A stretch of DNA of 61,175 nt, counting the filler, from Circinaria calcarea (Eukaryota), in NCBI GenBank assembly GCA_051942165.1. It is 17 parts of 17 records of this genome, joined end to end, with 100 filler letters (N's around TTAATTAATTAA, not from the genome) between each part and the next. Parts side by side here need not be neighbours in the genome. Positions count along the whole stretch, not along the records: positions 32,485 to 35,985 come from JAVECS010002789.1; positions 36,086 to 39,584 come from JAVECS010002790.1; positions 39,685 to 43,183 come from JAVECS010002791.1; positions 43,284 to 46,782 come from JAVECS010002792.1; 13 more parts are not named here. The stretch is one strand, 5' to 3'. The translations under genes and the position numbers were made by a program. Shown here piece by piece: positions 34,499 through 46,882 of this stretch. The notes below the pieces were generated by a model. That model was not told the DNA's origin. It saw only the letters and a list, made by a program, of their open reading frames with translations, and did no database searches. Position 1 is the stretch's first letter, and each line of letters opens with the position of its first letter.

Positions 34499-34911
34499 CA
34501 GTAAAACCTCGATGTAAGAACATTGTATGTAAGAATAACCTGCATATAAGAATACCTTTTCAGGAACGAAGGTTTTTTGGGTGAGAAATTTCAAAAATAA
34601 GAATATCCTCTTTATAAGGATATTCTTAGCATTTTGAGATTTTTTTGGTGTATATTCTTATATTAAGGTTGATATTTCCCGGGTTTCTCGCCCAAATTCT
34701 TGTAATTTTCCGAGATTCCAGCTAAAAATCCATACAAAATGACATCATTTCCCCTCCTTGGCGTCGCATCCAGGGAATGTGCCAGGGAACTGTCGAATAT
34801 ACTGATCTATTCCCACTTTTTCTTCTGTTGTGCGAATTTGACATAAGAATAACCTCTATATAAAAATACGAGAATCGGCACCGAGCATATTCTTATATCG
34901 AGGTTTTACTG
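34499..34911. mobile_element. Tc1/mariner-type (pogo/Fot1-like) MITE, 413 bp, TA TSD
   Basis: 22-bp TIR CAGTAAAACCTCGAT(G/A)TAAGAA at both ends (1 mismatch), flanked by TA at 34497-34498 and 34912-34913. Several internal TAAGAATA sub-repeats occur in both orientations. Confidence 0.88.
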
Positions 34912-35114
34912 TAGTTAGATTATAACCCGCTAGAGAAAATTACCCTGCATTCTTCCGTACCGGCGCCCAGCTGTTTGTGCAACCCCAAATGCAGCGGAAA
35001 AGGCCGCAAATAAATCAGGTAGATATCACCCCGCACAAATGCTGCAGGAACGAGGTCTTGAACTCTTGATTTCTGTTCTTCGAGACCCATCTTCACAGCC
35101 CCACGCAGCTCATC

Positions 35115-35985
35115 ATGACTTCTTTATTCCAGCTAGCAGGAGGAATTATCGTAATATATATTACCTATTCGGTCACAAGAAAATGGTCGGAAAGAGCCCG
35201 ATTCGAAAAAGCTGCTCGTGAGCATGCTTGCAAGCCTGTGGCACGATATCCGAATTGGGACCCCTTCCTCGGTATCGACCTTTTTGTCTCTCTTCGCAAA
35301 GCAGACTATAACGGACGTCTCTCCGAGAGTTACAAAGCTCTACATGAGGCCTATGGCGCAACGTTTGAGATGAAGACTCTAAGCAGCTTTCAACTGCAGA
35401 CATCGCAGCCGGAAAACATCCAGGCCATCTGTACGTCGGCTTTCAACGATTTCGGTGTCAGCCCTATGCGAGGAAGAATCGGTGTGCCATTTCTGGACCG
35501 TGGTATCTTTACTGAAGACGGCGCTTTCTGGAAGCACTCCCGAGCGCTGATTAGGCCCACCTTCAGCCGAGCGGAAATTGCAGATCTGAGTAGCTTTGAA
35601 CGCCATGTTGCTCGGCTCTTAACTCTGATTCCTAGAGATTCGAGTACGTTTGACTTGCTTCCTTTAGCAAAACGCCTGGTGAGTGCTCCTGGATCATGCT
35701 CTTGAGAACAAGCATTGACAAACATCAATTGCCTAGTTTCTGGACACGTCAACTGAGTTTTTGTTTGGCCAATCAACCGACTCTCTTCTCCCACAGACAC
35801 CCTTCGCCACGGAACAATTTATGGAAGCATTCGACCGATCTTTGCTAGGCCTTGCATTACTGCTCATCTTTGGACCTTTCCGATATTTCCTCTATCTTGA
35901 CCCTGGCTGGAAGAAAGCGTATAAGAAAGTGCATTCTTTCGTGGACAAGCACGTAGATATCGCCCTTAACCGGCAACGCAGCATC
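35115..35985 (+). CDS. Cytochrome P450, CYP52 clan, 5' part (3' truncated)
   Basis: N-terminal TM anchor, YPNWDPFLGIDL, TSQPENIQAI, GIFTEDGAFWKHSRALIRPTF, intron about 35679-35736, then FLDTSTEFLFGQS. Confidence 0.88.
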
Positions 35986-36085
35986 NNNNNNNNNNNNNNN
36001 NNNNNNNNNNNNNNNNNNNNNNNNNNNNNTTAATTAATTAANNNNNNNNNNNNNNNNNNNNNNNNNNNNNNNNNNNNNNNNNNNN

Positions 36086-38220
36086 CCCTAAGATACATAT
36101 GTACCTTGCTCAGTCAACTTACTCAGGCAACGTCCGTGAGGAATTATCAACAGAGGACGAAGGGAATTGGTAGAGAGGCAGGTCGGCGGGAGGCTATACG
36201 AGATAGATTGGATATCTCTTCTTCAATCTCTAGAAGGTTTATCTAGGCTCATCAATGCGGGATCATGCCGATGCTTGGGAAAGTATTCGTACATGTACCT
36301 TAAAAATCATATGCCCAACGTGAAGCAGATCGTTGATTACATGAGATCTTAGGCCACACAGATAGTCTGCTCTCGCCTTGTATCCCATGTCCCATGGTGT
36401 AAGATGATATGGGTTATCAGATGGCGGGAGTGGGTCAACGGTTCATAGGTTCACAGACAAATGTTTCGAATTACCCAATCTCATAGTCAATGTCGATTTC
36501 ATCGCTTGCCGAGTGCCTCTTGTGTAGTTCTGGTGGGCATACAGCTATGGCCATGTCAGCCGTGTCACGCAGAGTTCTGCGGATGAACACACTAAACTGG
36601 GTCTACTTCTTCAAGGCCCGGATACCCCAGAAGACTTAGACCGGCAATGCCAAACAAGGTATGGAAGACATCGACCATGTCCCCTGGCCTGTCGGCGATC
36701 CCCCCTTCCTTTGGGTCCTACTTTCAAAGTCAGCAATCGTCTCCTTCGTCTGATGGGAAGATCTGACCTGGCACTCCAAGATGAATTTCGTCAACTTATC
36801 GCCATCTATCCAGTGGAGCCTGCGAATCATAGCAAGGCTGCTAAGCACCCACCAGCTGTAACAAACGTCCTCCAGCTTCTCCGGTCTTCCATTGAGCCCG
36901 CCACTCTTCAACTGTCTCTCACTGAGCCAGCCAGCCAGCCGGTCTCTGTCAACGAGGTCCAGTCTCCCAGCAATAGCCAGAGCTCCCACACAGGTGAACA
37001 CTTGCCCAGCGTGTGACTCGGCACCAGGGCTTACTCCGTATCCACCATCGAAATTAGCGCAGGACTGGACGTGTGCAACTGCTTTAGGTATATCGATGAG
37101 GGACGTAAGGCGCAGTAAAGACAGGGCATTCAGAGCCCCGTACAGAAAGCGAGTATCTGTCTCTCCCCACTCATCGCCCGCGAATGTGCCCGTCTCTCGG
37201 TCTTGTAGACTGGCAATAACTTTCGGAGTCAACAGGGGACGATGATGGAGCCCGCAGGGCGGTACTAACACTCGCCGACCCGCGTCTTCCCTCCTTGACC
37301 ACGCAGATCAAGCTCATCTACGGCCGCTATCGTCACTAGGATCTGCACCGCACTCACGGTATAGAGCATGTGGGGGTCATGCCCCGGAGCAGCACCGAAC
37401 CCCCCTGTCTGATGCTGACACGAGAGTACGAAACTTATAGTCTCCTCTCGTGGCAGGGCATCCGGACGACCAAGCAGATGCAGAGCGGTAAGGCCCCAGT
37501 AAAGTCCGTTCAGTCGTAAATGTTCGGTCAGCCAGTATTCGAGTTCGTCTCGCCTCTATCGGGTAGTGAGCATTGCAAATGACTCGACCTGCACCAAACG
37601 ATTGAGCGTACAGTGTCGAGACTCTGTATATACCGTACATGCTGCTCCCCTTGCAACTTGAGTTCATCCGGCAGCTCCTCGCCGGCAGCACCGCCTCTCC
37701 CCGGACCTGATACCAGCGACATGGAGGCTTCGATGGATACTTCTATCTCCCTACATGCATGTAGCGTGGCTGACTCCCGGCGGAAAGATGCATGCCAAGG
37801 CTTTGGTTGGAGCAAGGCTGTACCTTCACTGCCGCTGGTCGACACTGTCAGCCAGTTAGATAGGAGCAAACAACGGATCTACCAAGCTCCGATGGCACGT
37901 GTAATCTCTTGGGTGGCTAGATCCAGATCAGCTTAGTTTCCGGACGATCGAACCTTGTCTTCGCACGGAGGGAAGAGGCTAAAGATGGTCGGCCGAATGA
38001 GATGGGGTGCCTGCATAAGCTCGTCGCTGTCGTAATCCCCCAGCTCATCGGCCAAGGACCAAGGACCGGGCATGGACAGTAGCAAGTATACAGAGTAGTC
38101 GCCGGCAATAAGGAAGACCCGAAGCCAGGGGGGAATGAATAGACGGGGGCAAGTGCAAGTGCAACTGCCAGAAATTGATACGGAGTAATCGGGTGTCGAA
38201 CCCAATACCTCCCACCCCCC
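36086..38220 (+). repeat. Near-identical second copy of region 1372-~3480
   Basis: Colinear at a constant offset of 34714 with no indels over 1372-~3218. About 57 substitutions counted by eye in about 1.85 kb (~97% identity). Indels appear only further upstream of BET2. Confidence 0.95.
36499..37722 (-). CDS. BET2: Rab geranylgeranyltransferase beta subunit, copy 2
   Basis: Same exon structure as 1785-3008 and an intact frame, with few amino-acid changes (E/D, G/S, Y/S, I/V, N/D). Confidence 0.95.
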
Positions 38221-39684
38221 TAGCAGGCCCTTCCGATTGGTCGAGCATCCTCCCGAAACGGAACGTGGTGCCAGTTCTGAATGTGGCCTCTCATTGTTCA
38301 TTCGTTCGTTCCATTGTCACGACTCCCTCCATTCACCATTAGCACATTCGTCACTCAGCATCTCCCACCCCTTGGCTCTTGGCTCGTCGATTCCCGTCTT
38401 TGGAGACTGGCCTTCCACCACGACACCATCACTGCCGCTCCCCTTCACTCCTTCGTAAGGCTGACCCGTACGCCGTCGACAGCGCGAAGGACTCTCTCCC
38501 GTCTCGATTCTGGTCCATGACAAATCGTCCTATCGCTTTTCCCATTCGAGAATCCCTGGTGGCAGCGGTAGGAACGGCCCTTCGTGTGACGCTGCACTAG
38601 GAACGCTCTATCGACGAGACGCTGGACGTCTCTGCATGTTGGGCCTTCGTTCAAAGGCTTACTTTCTCAAGAACCTCCGCCCACCAACCGCCCAGGCGCT
38701 ATCCGACGACCTCCCACATCCTCTTTGTCAACACGAGTATATGCCCGGCGTCGTTGCAGCAAGGCCTCCTCCCCTCCGACATCCTCCATCAAACTCGACA
38801 AGTCCTGCTCGTAAGCTGAGGATCTAGTAGGAAGAAGCTGCGTGTATGAGACAGCCTGTTGTCAAGCTTGGCCTCTTGTAAGTCTTTTGGGTTTCTCACA
38901 TACCCTTCATAGCAAATCAGGCATGGAAATCCCAAGAATGAAGAGTGCCGGCGGGCCACTCTACATACCTGAAGCCCTATTTACAGCTTTCCCAGACCAT
39001 GTCGCAGAGTTATCCAAGTTATTGAAGACTGATAACGACTGTTGAGCCCTACTAATTGACTGGGATATCATTAGAGACTCCGGCATCTTCCCCCTCCTCC
39101 TCCTCCTCCTCCTCCTGCTCCTGCTCCCAGTACTATCTGAAAGTTTGTACACGGACCCTTGTGTCTTGGAATTGTGGCTATAGAGATCTTTCTCTATTAG
39201 ACCGTTTCAGGAGTAAGTTGGGAGAACAGGTGCCAGTACTAAGAGGCCTGCCATTCTGTATCTGCGGCCTTCAGAAAACACGGAAACTGGAGCCGACATT
39301 GAGCTTGTTTCTGCCGCGTCTTTTGGGCTGTTAATCCTCGGTTCGGATTGAAGCGACTTGATACATGGACTTTACTGCATTCGTCAGTGATATACCGTTT
39401 ACCGATTACTAACGGTACCGATATAAGGCTTTCTTGAGCTTCTGTTCTTAAGGCCTTGTGGAACAAAGTGTCTCAAGTCATAGGTGTCAATAGGTTGGAC
39501 AAGAGCATCGATCTTCGTGGCATTCGAGGCTGCGACTGTAACGTTACGTGAAGGCTGTTGTAGGGAAGGTGGAAGAAGAGTCCANNNNNNNNNNNNNNNN
39601 NNNNNNNNNNNNNNNNNNNNNNNNNNNNTTAATTAATTAANNNNNNNNNNNNNNNNNNNNNNNNNNNNNNNNNNNNNNNNNNNN

Positions 39685-40229
39685 AAGGCAAAAGTGTATG
39701 CTGGCTCACAGTAGTGGTCGACCTGGCTGAAAACATCTTTACGGTAATAAAGCTTGTGTAGGGAGCCGAGGGCAACCAAGGCATGCTTCACGGCCGGTTC
39801 AGTCAGAGCAACGGCAAATACAGCACTGTCCCAAAAGCCAGAGGCAAAGTTGCCTGCGAATTTAGGGCTAGATTCATGACGGAGGAAATCGAAAATCTGA
39901 GACTCTTGGGAGTTATCCGAGAACCCCGTACAGAGTGAAGTCGGGATAGGATTACCCTCAGTGCGGATGGGGAGCCTCTTGGAAACTAGAGCTCTTTCTC
40001 GCTGGGGAGCGTAGCCGTCGCACTTCCTGCCTGTGCTTGAGCACTTCGTGCATTCCGGCTTTTCTTCTCCGCACTTGACGCGCCGGATCTGATACTGTAT
40101 CAGCCGCACAGATAGAAAACCATTAGCGAACGTTGGGATATTCTATACTTTACAAGTAATACAACCCGTCTTGAGCTTGGGCTTGCTTGCGCGCGTGAGT
40201 TTGACAAGCTGCAGGTTCGCATCCTCCAT
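39685..40229 (-). CDS. Zn(II)2Cys6 transcription factor, 5' part (3' truncated)
   Basis: MEDANL...KTGCITCK, intron ~40148-40090, IRRVKCGEEKPECTKCSSTGRKCDGY...FWD...EPAVKHALVALGSLH. Confidence 0.88.
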
Positions 40230-41416
40230 CGTGACCGATAGTCGTGGGGAGGCAACGTCACAGACTGACAGTAATGATGGGGAGGCATGATTGAGATATA
40301 CGAACAAGCAAATCCAGGCTACACTACACACGCGGCTTACGTGGAAGTAGGGCACGGTTTATCTCCCTTGACGCATCTCCTTGTGCGAAAGGGCGTGGCG
40401 CTCTTAGTTTTTGTTATATATACAAGGGCCCTCATTGGTCGGATCGTATTCTCAACCTTGATTTCTCGACCGTGTCGCGTTAGCTTCATCCTCCTCCCAA
40501 CCGCAGTATATCAAAATCGCCCTGTATCTCAATGTCTTTAATATTTGCATAGAAGCTGATCCATTTTGAAGGCTTTCATAGAACCCTCTACTATTCACAT
40601 TACCGGTGACCGCCCCCATTTGCAGACGCTCTAGTAGCCTTCGATTTTTCACATGAATCTCGTGTTCTACATTCTTCTCCCGTTTGATGTATTATCCAAT
40701 GCCACCGCTCTACCTGTCCGCTCCCGAAACTGCTTTGAATATGGTCTTCACTCCATCTTACTTTTATGATGTGGAACCTCAATTCCCAGTGAATCGGCCC
40801 CGCGACCGAGGGATCTTCGGCGGAGCTCATTGTTGATTCGGTATATCACGACGGTCGAGTAAGCTTGTGTCATCTTTCCCCTTAGATTTTATTATGTTTT
40901 TACTGGATTTGCTGTTATGATTGGGATGATAGATGTGGCCCTGGTGGGGTACAGTTCGGTTAGTAGGATACAGTACAAGTCCACTTTGCCAATTCATCCT
41001 TATTCGCTCTAATTGTATTGCATGACTTGGACTGCTGAAGTATATTGTTCGGCCTACACCGGCGTTTTATGTGGACATGGTGATTGTAGCCCGATAGGCA
41101 TTGGAGCCTTATTGATGTTATCCAACATCTCCCTTCCCCCTTCTAATACATCGTGTAGCTCTTGCTACCAGAGAATGGCAAGACGGCATACCCGCCTTGA
41201 AACTGTTGGACACCGACCATACTCGCGCGTGTGAGTTTGACATGGTAGCAAATCATGTTTGATGTTTCCTTTGTTGTTAATGTGATTGGTAATCTGGTTG
41301 CTCAACTTTATTTGGTTCCTCCCTGGTTATAAGAGTCTGGAATCTACCACAGGGTCTGAGCTTCAATCGTACTTCGCGCTGAGCTATTGTACTCAAGACT
41401 GATTTCCTCTTACATC

Positions 41417-41971
41417 ATGGCAAGTGTAGTCCCAGAAGCTGACATGATCAAAATCGCAAAGTCCGCCAAGAGAATTCTGGAGGAGATAGCAGAGCATGTT
41501 GACATGGCCAGCGCCATTGAATTGATGCTTAAACATGATACCTTGGGTGGATTAACTTTCATAAGGAAGCTCGGCAAACCTACAGAGGCAGTCACGCAGC
41601 TCAACTACGCTATCGATGGATTCGCCCAGGACTACCAGAAATGCAGGCCTGTCTGCGAAGCGTTCAGACAGGCCATCACAACAGATGGGTGGAAAATCGT
41701 AGAGGACATGGCTTTCGGGGATGCATACTTGAGATGGATGGACCTGCCAATGCAACAGGATCTGTTCATGGAGTATGGTTTCCAGGCCATCTACAGAGGT
41801 GTTGGAGAGATGGCTGGTCGGAATATCCCTCTCCACAACTTTCTGATCCTATATTGGCGCTGGTTTCTTGCAACGCAGTCAGTTTTGAGGAACACTTTGT
41901 TTTACACACCCCCAAAAGCGCTGTGCGATGTTGATAGATCCGCAAGTCAGTCTCCAAAGCCTGTTGGTTAA
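41417..41971 (+). CDS. Hypothetical protein, 184 aa, intronless
   Basis: ATG in good context (catcATGG), a TATAA about 90 bp upstream and protein-like composition. No family recognised. Confidence 0.55.
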   Translation: MASVVPEADMIKIAKSAKRILEEIAEHVDMASAIELMLKHDTLGGLTFIRKLGKPTEAVTQLNYAIDGFAQDYQKCRPVCEAFRQAITTDGWKIVEDMAFGDAYLRWMDLPMQQDLFMEYGFQAIYRGVGEMAGRNIPLHNFLILYWRWFLATQSVLRNTLFYTPPKALCDVDRSASQSPKPVG

Positions 41972-42265
41972 CTGTAGCATAATTAAACCCCAATGCATAT
42001 CACACAGTGTCAAGTGCTTTTTCTAAGATTTCTGAATACACAGCTCAAGGCAACAACACTGTGAACCATAAAATCCCAAGACAGGGCCTTGCAATGTTAT
42101 GCCGGTTTCTAAGCCTACGATAGATACGTCAGTCTTTTAGTTGTAGATGAGGATGTTCCCAACTTCAGACGAGGAACCCGGAATTCGTGCTAGCGTTCTA
42201 CTCAAAGCTCTCATGTCCCAGGGACTGAATTATATCATCAGCAGCACACAAACAGACACCTTTGA

Positions 42266-43183
42266 ATGTTGCACACCCGTTCCTTGCCACTACATGAATT
42301 AGAGTATCTTACAAGTCATGATGAGCTCATGTGGTTAGAGGTGTTTGCTGCAGGCTGCCTTGTATGGTACCTTTTCATACTCTTTGTTTGCGCCATTGGC
42401 TTCCTCCAATTGTGAAAAGACCCACTGCGATAGCTTAGCTTTAACATCTTTTACTGATGTTTCTCTAGAAAGCGACACTACTCTAAACCTCTCAACACGC
42501 CCATAGCACCAGCACTTCCACTTCCCGACATCCCTCATGTCACCGTCATCCGGCCCGTCAAGGGCGTTGAGCCCTATCTCTACGAATGTCTCGCTGCGAC
42601 CTTCCACCAAACCTACCCATCCCAAAAGTTGACGGTCTACTTCTGCATCTCCACGCGCAGTGATCCTGCCTATCCAACCCTTGAGTGCCTGATCTCCGAC
42701 TTCCCGACCTTTGATGCAAGCATCTTGGTGGAGGATGAAGACCCGAACCTCTCCGGCCATCATGGCAGCCAATACAACCTGGGCCCAAATCCCAAGATTC
42801 GCAACATGAGCAGAGCATATCGAGAAGCCAAGGGTGATATACTGTGGATCATCGACTGCAATGTTTGGGTTAGCTCAAGCGTCGCCGGTCTAATGGTCGA
42901 CCGTCTCTGTGGGTTTGACCCTACGACCAGCCGCCGTAAATACAAATTTGTGCACCAACTCCCTCTTGTCGTTGACGTCTCCAACCTCTCATCACCGTCG
43001 ACACCACCCCTCTCTAATGGGTCCCTCGATTTATCTACTCAGACAATCACGAAACCTAAACGACTCTCCTACTCCGGCGGCCTCCTCGAAGCCCTCTTCC
43101 TTTCCACCTCTCACGCTAAATTCTACACTGCCATCTCCACCGTCGCCATCGCACCCTGTACAGTCGGCAAATCAAACATGTTC
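42266..43183 (+). CDS. GCS1: Ceramide glucosyltransferase (glucosylceramide synthase, GT21), 5' part (3' truncated)
   Basis: N-terminal TM exon, intron 42412-42468, then [58 protein letters not shown] and HAKFYTAI...[11 protein letters not shown]. Confidence 0.92.
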
Positions 43184-44471
43184 NNNNNNNNNNNNNNNNN
43201 NNNNNNNNNNNNNNNNNNNNNNNNNNNTTAATTAATTAANNNNNNNNNNNNNNNNNNNNNNNNNNNNNNNNNNNNNNNNNNNNTTTACTAGCAAATTACT
43301 ATGGTACGGCTATATATCATAGCTAATCCCTTTGTCTAACCCTTGCGGAGATCCCCCCTGAAAACAAACTTCCCTGAAAATGCGCCTACACTTTTGCCCC
43401 CAACTGTCAAAAGTTTCTGAACGGGCGACGGCTTGTTCATTGAAGAGTCGCCAAGGCGCTATTGGTCCACCAATAAAGTCGTAACCTCTTGAAGAGTCAG
43501 GCTAAGCCTCGGCTATATACATAAATGGTGACCCCTGTAACCAGCCACCCCAGCCACTGAATTTAATAAACCTGGAATTTTGACACCAACTGTAACCTTC
43601 GGTGGCTATTCCTCGTCACCTCCCCTTCCTCCTCCAGAATATGGAGTAATCGGTATCATCTAAGCTGTTGTTCAAACACCCAGTCTGAAACGTGCTTTCC
43701 TTTGAATATTCATGCCAGTCACGCTGCACAGCGGACCAGGTGTGTTGGAGGTCGACTGTTCTCCTTTGTGACCTGAAGGACTCCTCCAGAGATGGCAGGC
43801 GTCTGCAGAGCTGTTGGAATAGGAGTTTATCCCAACTGGGGGACGGAGGGCAGACGACTTGCTGGCGTTTCCACGGTTCGTAGGATACGATTGATTGAGT
43901 TATTCGAGCAACACTGTGAAGTGTCCCGTGAGACTCTAACTTTTGCTAAGACGGGTCCGACCTAAATCACAGTCTAGATAGTGTCTAAAGCATAGTGTGC
44001 AAAACCTACCTTCGTATCGATCCCGTGGTTGACGAAGTCTATTGGTCCCTCGGTTAAGAAATACATCTAAGCTTTATGAAAGTATAGTACCTCCGTATCC
44101 GTAGCTAACCTCCTTGGAATCCTTGCCATCAAAAACATATATATATATATCCCCATGAGAAGAACCCATCTTGGCCGAGGATCGGTAATTCTAGGAGTTT
44201 GGACAGTTCTCGGACCTTCACCGAGCGATGAGCTGATCCAAGGATATTGCTTAAGCTTGCTTGGAGTATATATAAGGCGTTTGCTTTAGATATCGAATAT
44301 GCCTTTTTCACTATATATGCTCAAGCTGTGCGTCTTGTAATCGAGTCATAAGTATTTGATCAATCCTTTAGATACAACTCTCATCCTATTATCCAACGGT
44401 GCTCTTTGGATTGTTAAGAGCAGACATCTTACCCCCAATAGCCGTATCTTCCCAGGAACAAGGGAAGGACC

Positions 44472-45584
44472 ATGACTAATCAAAGGACTCCTTTGGGTCA
44501 GGTCCGGTCCAATGTCGGCATTACGGAAGATGCACCAAGGCCATCGTGTGATAGCCTCCGGGCTGTTAGGGTCCATGATGCCAAGCCACAGGTCGACGAC
44601 CGATGCACCGTCGCTCCCAACAACACGCCTTCTGAAGGACCTTCCCTGGCCCGATTCACCGATCCTGAATATCCCATTGCCATCAACTCTGACTCCATCA
44701 ACGAGTACGGAATGACTCCGGATGTTCTCAATCCACCATCCTACAGCGAGGTCACCTATGACTTCACGGTAATGATGAGTGCCTTACAGGCCGAGAGGGT
44801 CGTACCGGATGGGCCTTCACCAGATGAGACAGAGCGGTTTCGGAACTTTCTCATTCATTGTCTTGCAAAAGACTATAAGCTTGATCCGATCCCACCCTTG
44901 AATCCAGATGACACCACACACTATTTGCGGATGGGCGAGTACTTCTTAGACGCAATGACGCCCCCTGACTGGTACCTCCACGCCGGCGAGGAACATTACA
45001 GGTTATTTACCTTTATGGATGCTTTTTTCTACAAACCCACTAGAGCACTGGATTTACCCGTAGATCGAGTTCTTGTTATGCTGATGAGGTTCAGAAGAAC
45101 TTCTGGTTACCGCAAATTCGAGAAGGGTCACTGGTATGGCCTAGGTGGTTACCTTGAGGGCCTAGCATTGAAGTTATTTGTGGACAGAAGTATCATGATA
45201 AATGCAATCGTACCACCTACCAATTCAAACCTTCGTCGAAAGCTCTTGGATGCCTTGGATTCCGAGCAAGCAATTTACTTCACCTCATTGGCTAGCCCGG
45301 AATCGTTTACCCTTACGGAGAGAGGAACAAAATATCGTGATATCAGAAGCAAGTCCCATCAGTTCAGGAATTTCTTCAAGTCTTTCTCTCTCAAGGAATG
45401 TCACAAAATATTTTGTGAAATCGCAACTATAGTCCGGTTTAAAAGCATTGTGTCAAAAAGGGAAAACCAGCAGATAAGAAACGATCTAATAAAGCAATTG
45501 GAGGACATGAATAAATTTGAAGACGACCGTGATACCGCGAAGGGGCCAGTGAAGGCCCCAAAAAAGAGAGATACCACGTACTAA
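44472..45584 (+). CDS. Hypothetical protein, 370 aa, intronless
   Basis: Long ATG-initiated ORF with a disordered N-terminus, a helical-looking core and a basic C-terminal tail (PKKR). No family recognised. Confidence 0.7.
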   Translation: MTNQRTPLGQVRSNVGITEDAPRPSCDSLRAVRVHDAKPQVDDRCTVAPNNTPSEGPSLARFTDPEYPIAINSDSINEYGMTPDVLNPPSYSEVTYDFTVMMSALQAERVVPDGPSPDETERFRNFLIHCLAKDYKLDPIPPLNPDDTTHYLRMGEYFLDAMTPPDWYLHAGEEHYRLFTFMDAFFYKPTRALDLPVDRVLVMLMRFRRTSGYRKFEKGHWYGLGGYLEGLALKLFVDRSIMINAIVPPTNSNLRRKLLDALDSEQAIYFTSLASPESFTLTERGTKYRDIRSKSHQFRNFFKSFSLKECHKIFCEIATIVRFKSIVSKRENQQIRNDLIKQLEDMNKFEDDRDTAKGPVKAPKKRDTTY

Positions 45585-46882
45585 TGCAGCCAGATGCTCA
45601 AGGGTTAGCGAATAAGCCATGGCGGCTAGTCTGGGCCAACCTCAGTATCTCATCCCACAGCCAGAAAGTGGTATCCAACACGCAAATTTCAAGTTATTTG
45701 GGTAGCGTGTAGTATCAAACACTTGTCCTTTTTTGAGAAGTAGAAGCAAGAAAAGCTTCGGATATGTAGCAGCTGACCTGTGGGCGTGGTTAGCTTAGAG
45801 TCGGAAACGCGTAGGATAGCTTCAAGGGAATAGACGCTTTGGTTAGAAGATCGCGATACTCCATATTGGGAGCAAGACTTACTGCAAAGAATCTCATCAC
45901 ACTGACATCAATATTCCTGGAGGGTTTATTCAAGCAGTGCAAATCATGCGTAAGATGGTCGGTTGGTGGCTGCCTGGTGCCGAGCTCGCCTGACCAACCC
46001 TGTATCCAGGGCAAGCACAATTCTCGGGGGATGAACTAGATAAAGAGAGCACCGGAAGAGAACTTCGGATCTATTAACCATGCGCAACGCACCGCGAAAA
46101 GACAGGGAAGAGAACGGGGTGTACTGAAGATACCACGATAAGCATAACCATCTATCAGTAGTGAGAGCTCTATAGGCCAGCCCAATTGCAGTCGATTTGT
46201 GATGGATAACTAGAAGTCAGCTATAGACAACAGAAACAGTTAAGCTAACCGAAAACTATGAGAGGTACTATCTCCTCAGCACGTATAGTTGGTGATGGAG
46301 GAGGTGATTATTGGTAGGGGCTAACGTGTAGACAGATAGCTGAAGACGCTCAGGAGCGGTAGGAGATGGTGAGGGGAACAAACGAGCAGCTGAGGAGACT
46401 AGGAGGCAGTGTTTGAGTCGATAATCGAGAGGAAGAGCGGCAAGGAGACTGGAAGGTGATACTTGAGTCGGTGGTCAAGAAGAGGAGCGACGGAAGAGTT
46501 TAGTAGGCGATACTCGAGGAGATCGGCCAGGTAGATCGAGATATATACCACTGACAAACATATCATCAGTAGGGGTCCTTGACGGCTATATTGCGGCGAC
46601 TTACCTGATTTTTCTTGGTTTTTGGTTTTCAACTTTTTTTGATTTTTAAAATTTTTTTTTTCTTTCGCATTTTCACATAAGCTTAAACATTCTCAGGGGG
46701 ATCCTCCATCCCACCATCCCTCCTCATCCTCCTCATCCCCTCCAACATCCCCTTCCAACCCTCAAACCCAACCATCAAACCTNNNNNNNNNNNNNNNNNN
46801 NNNNNNNNNNNNNNNNNNNNNNNNNNTTAATTAATTAANNNNNNNNNNNNNNNNNNNNNNNNNNNNNNNNNNNNNNNNNNNN

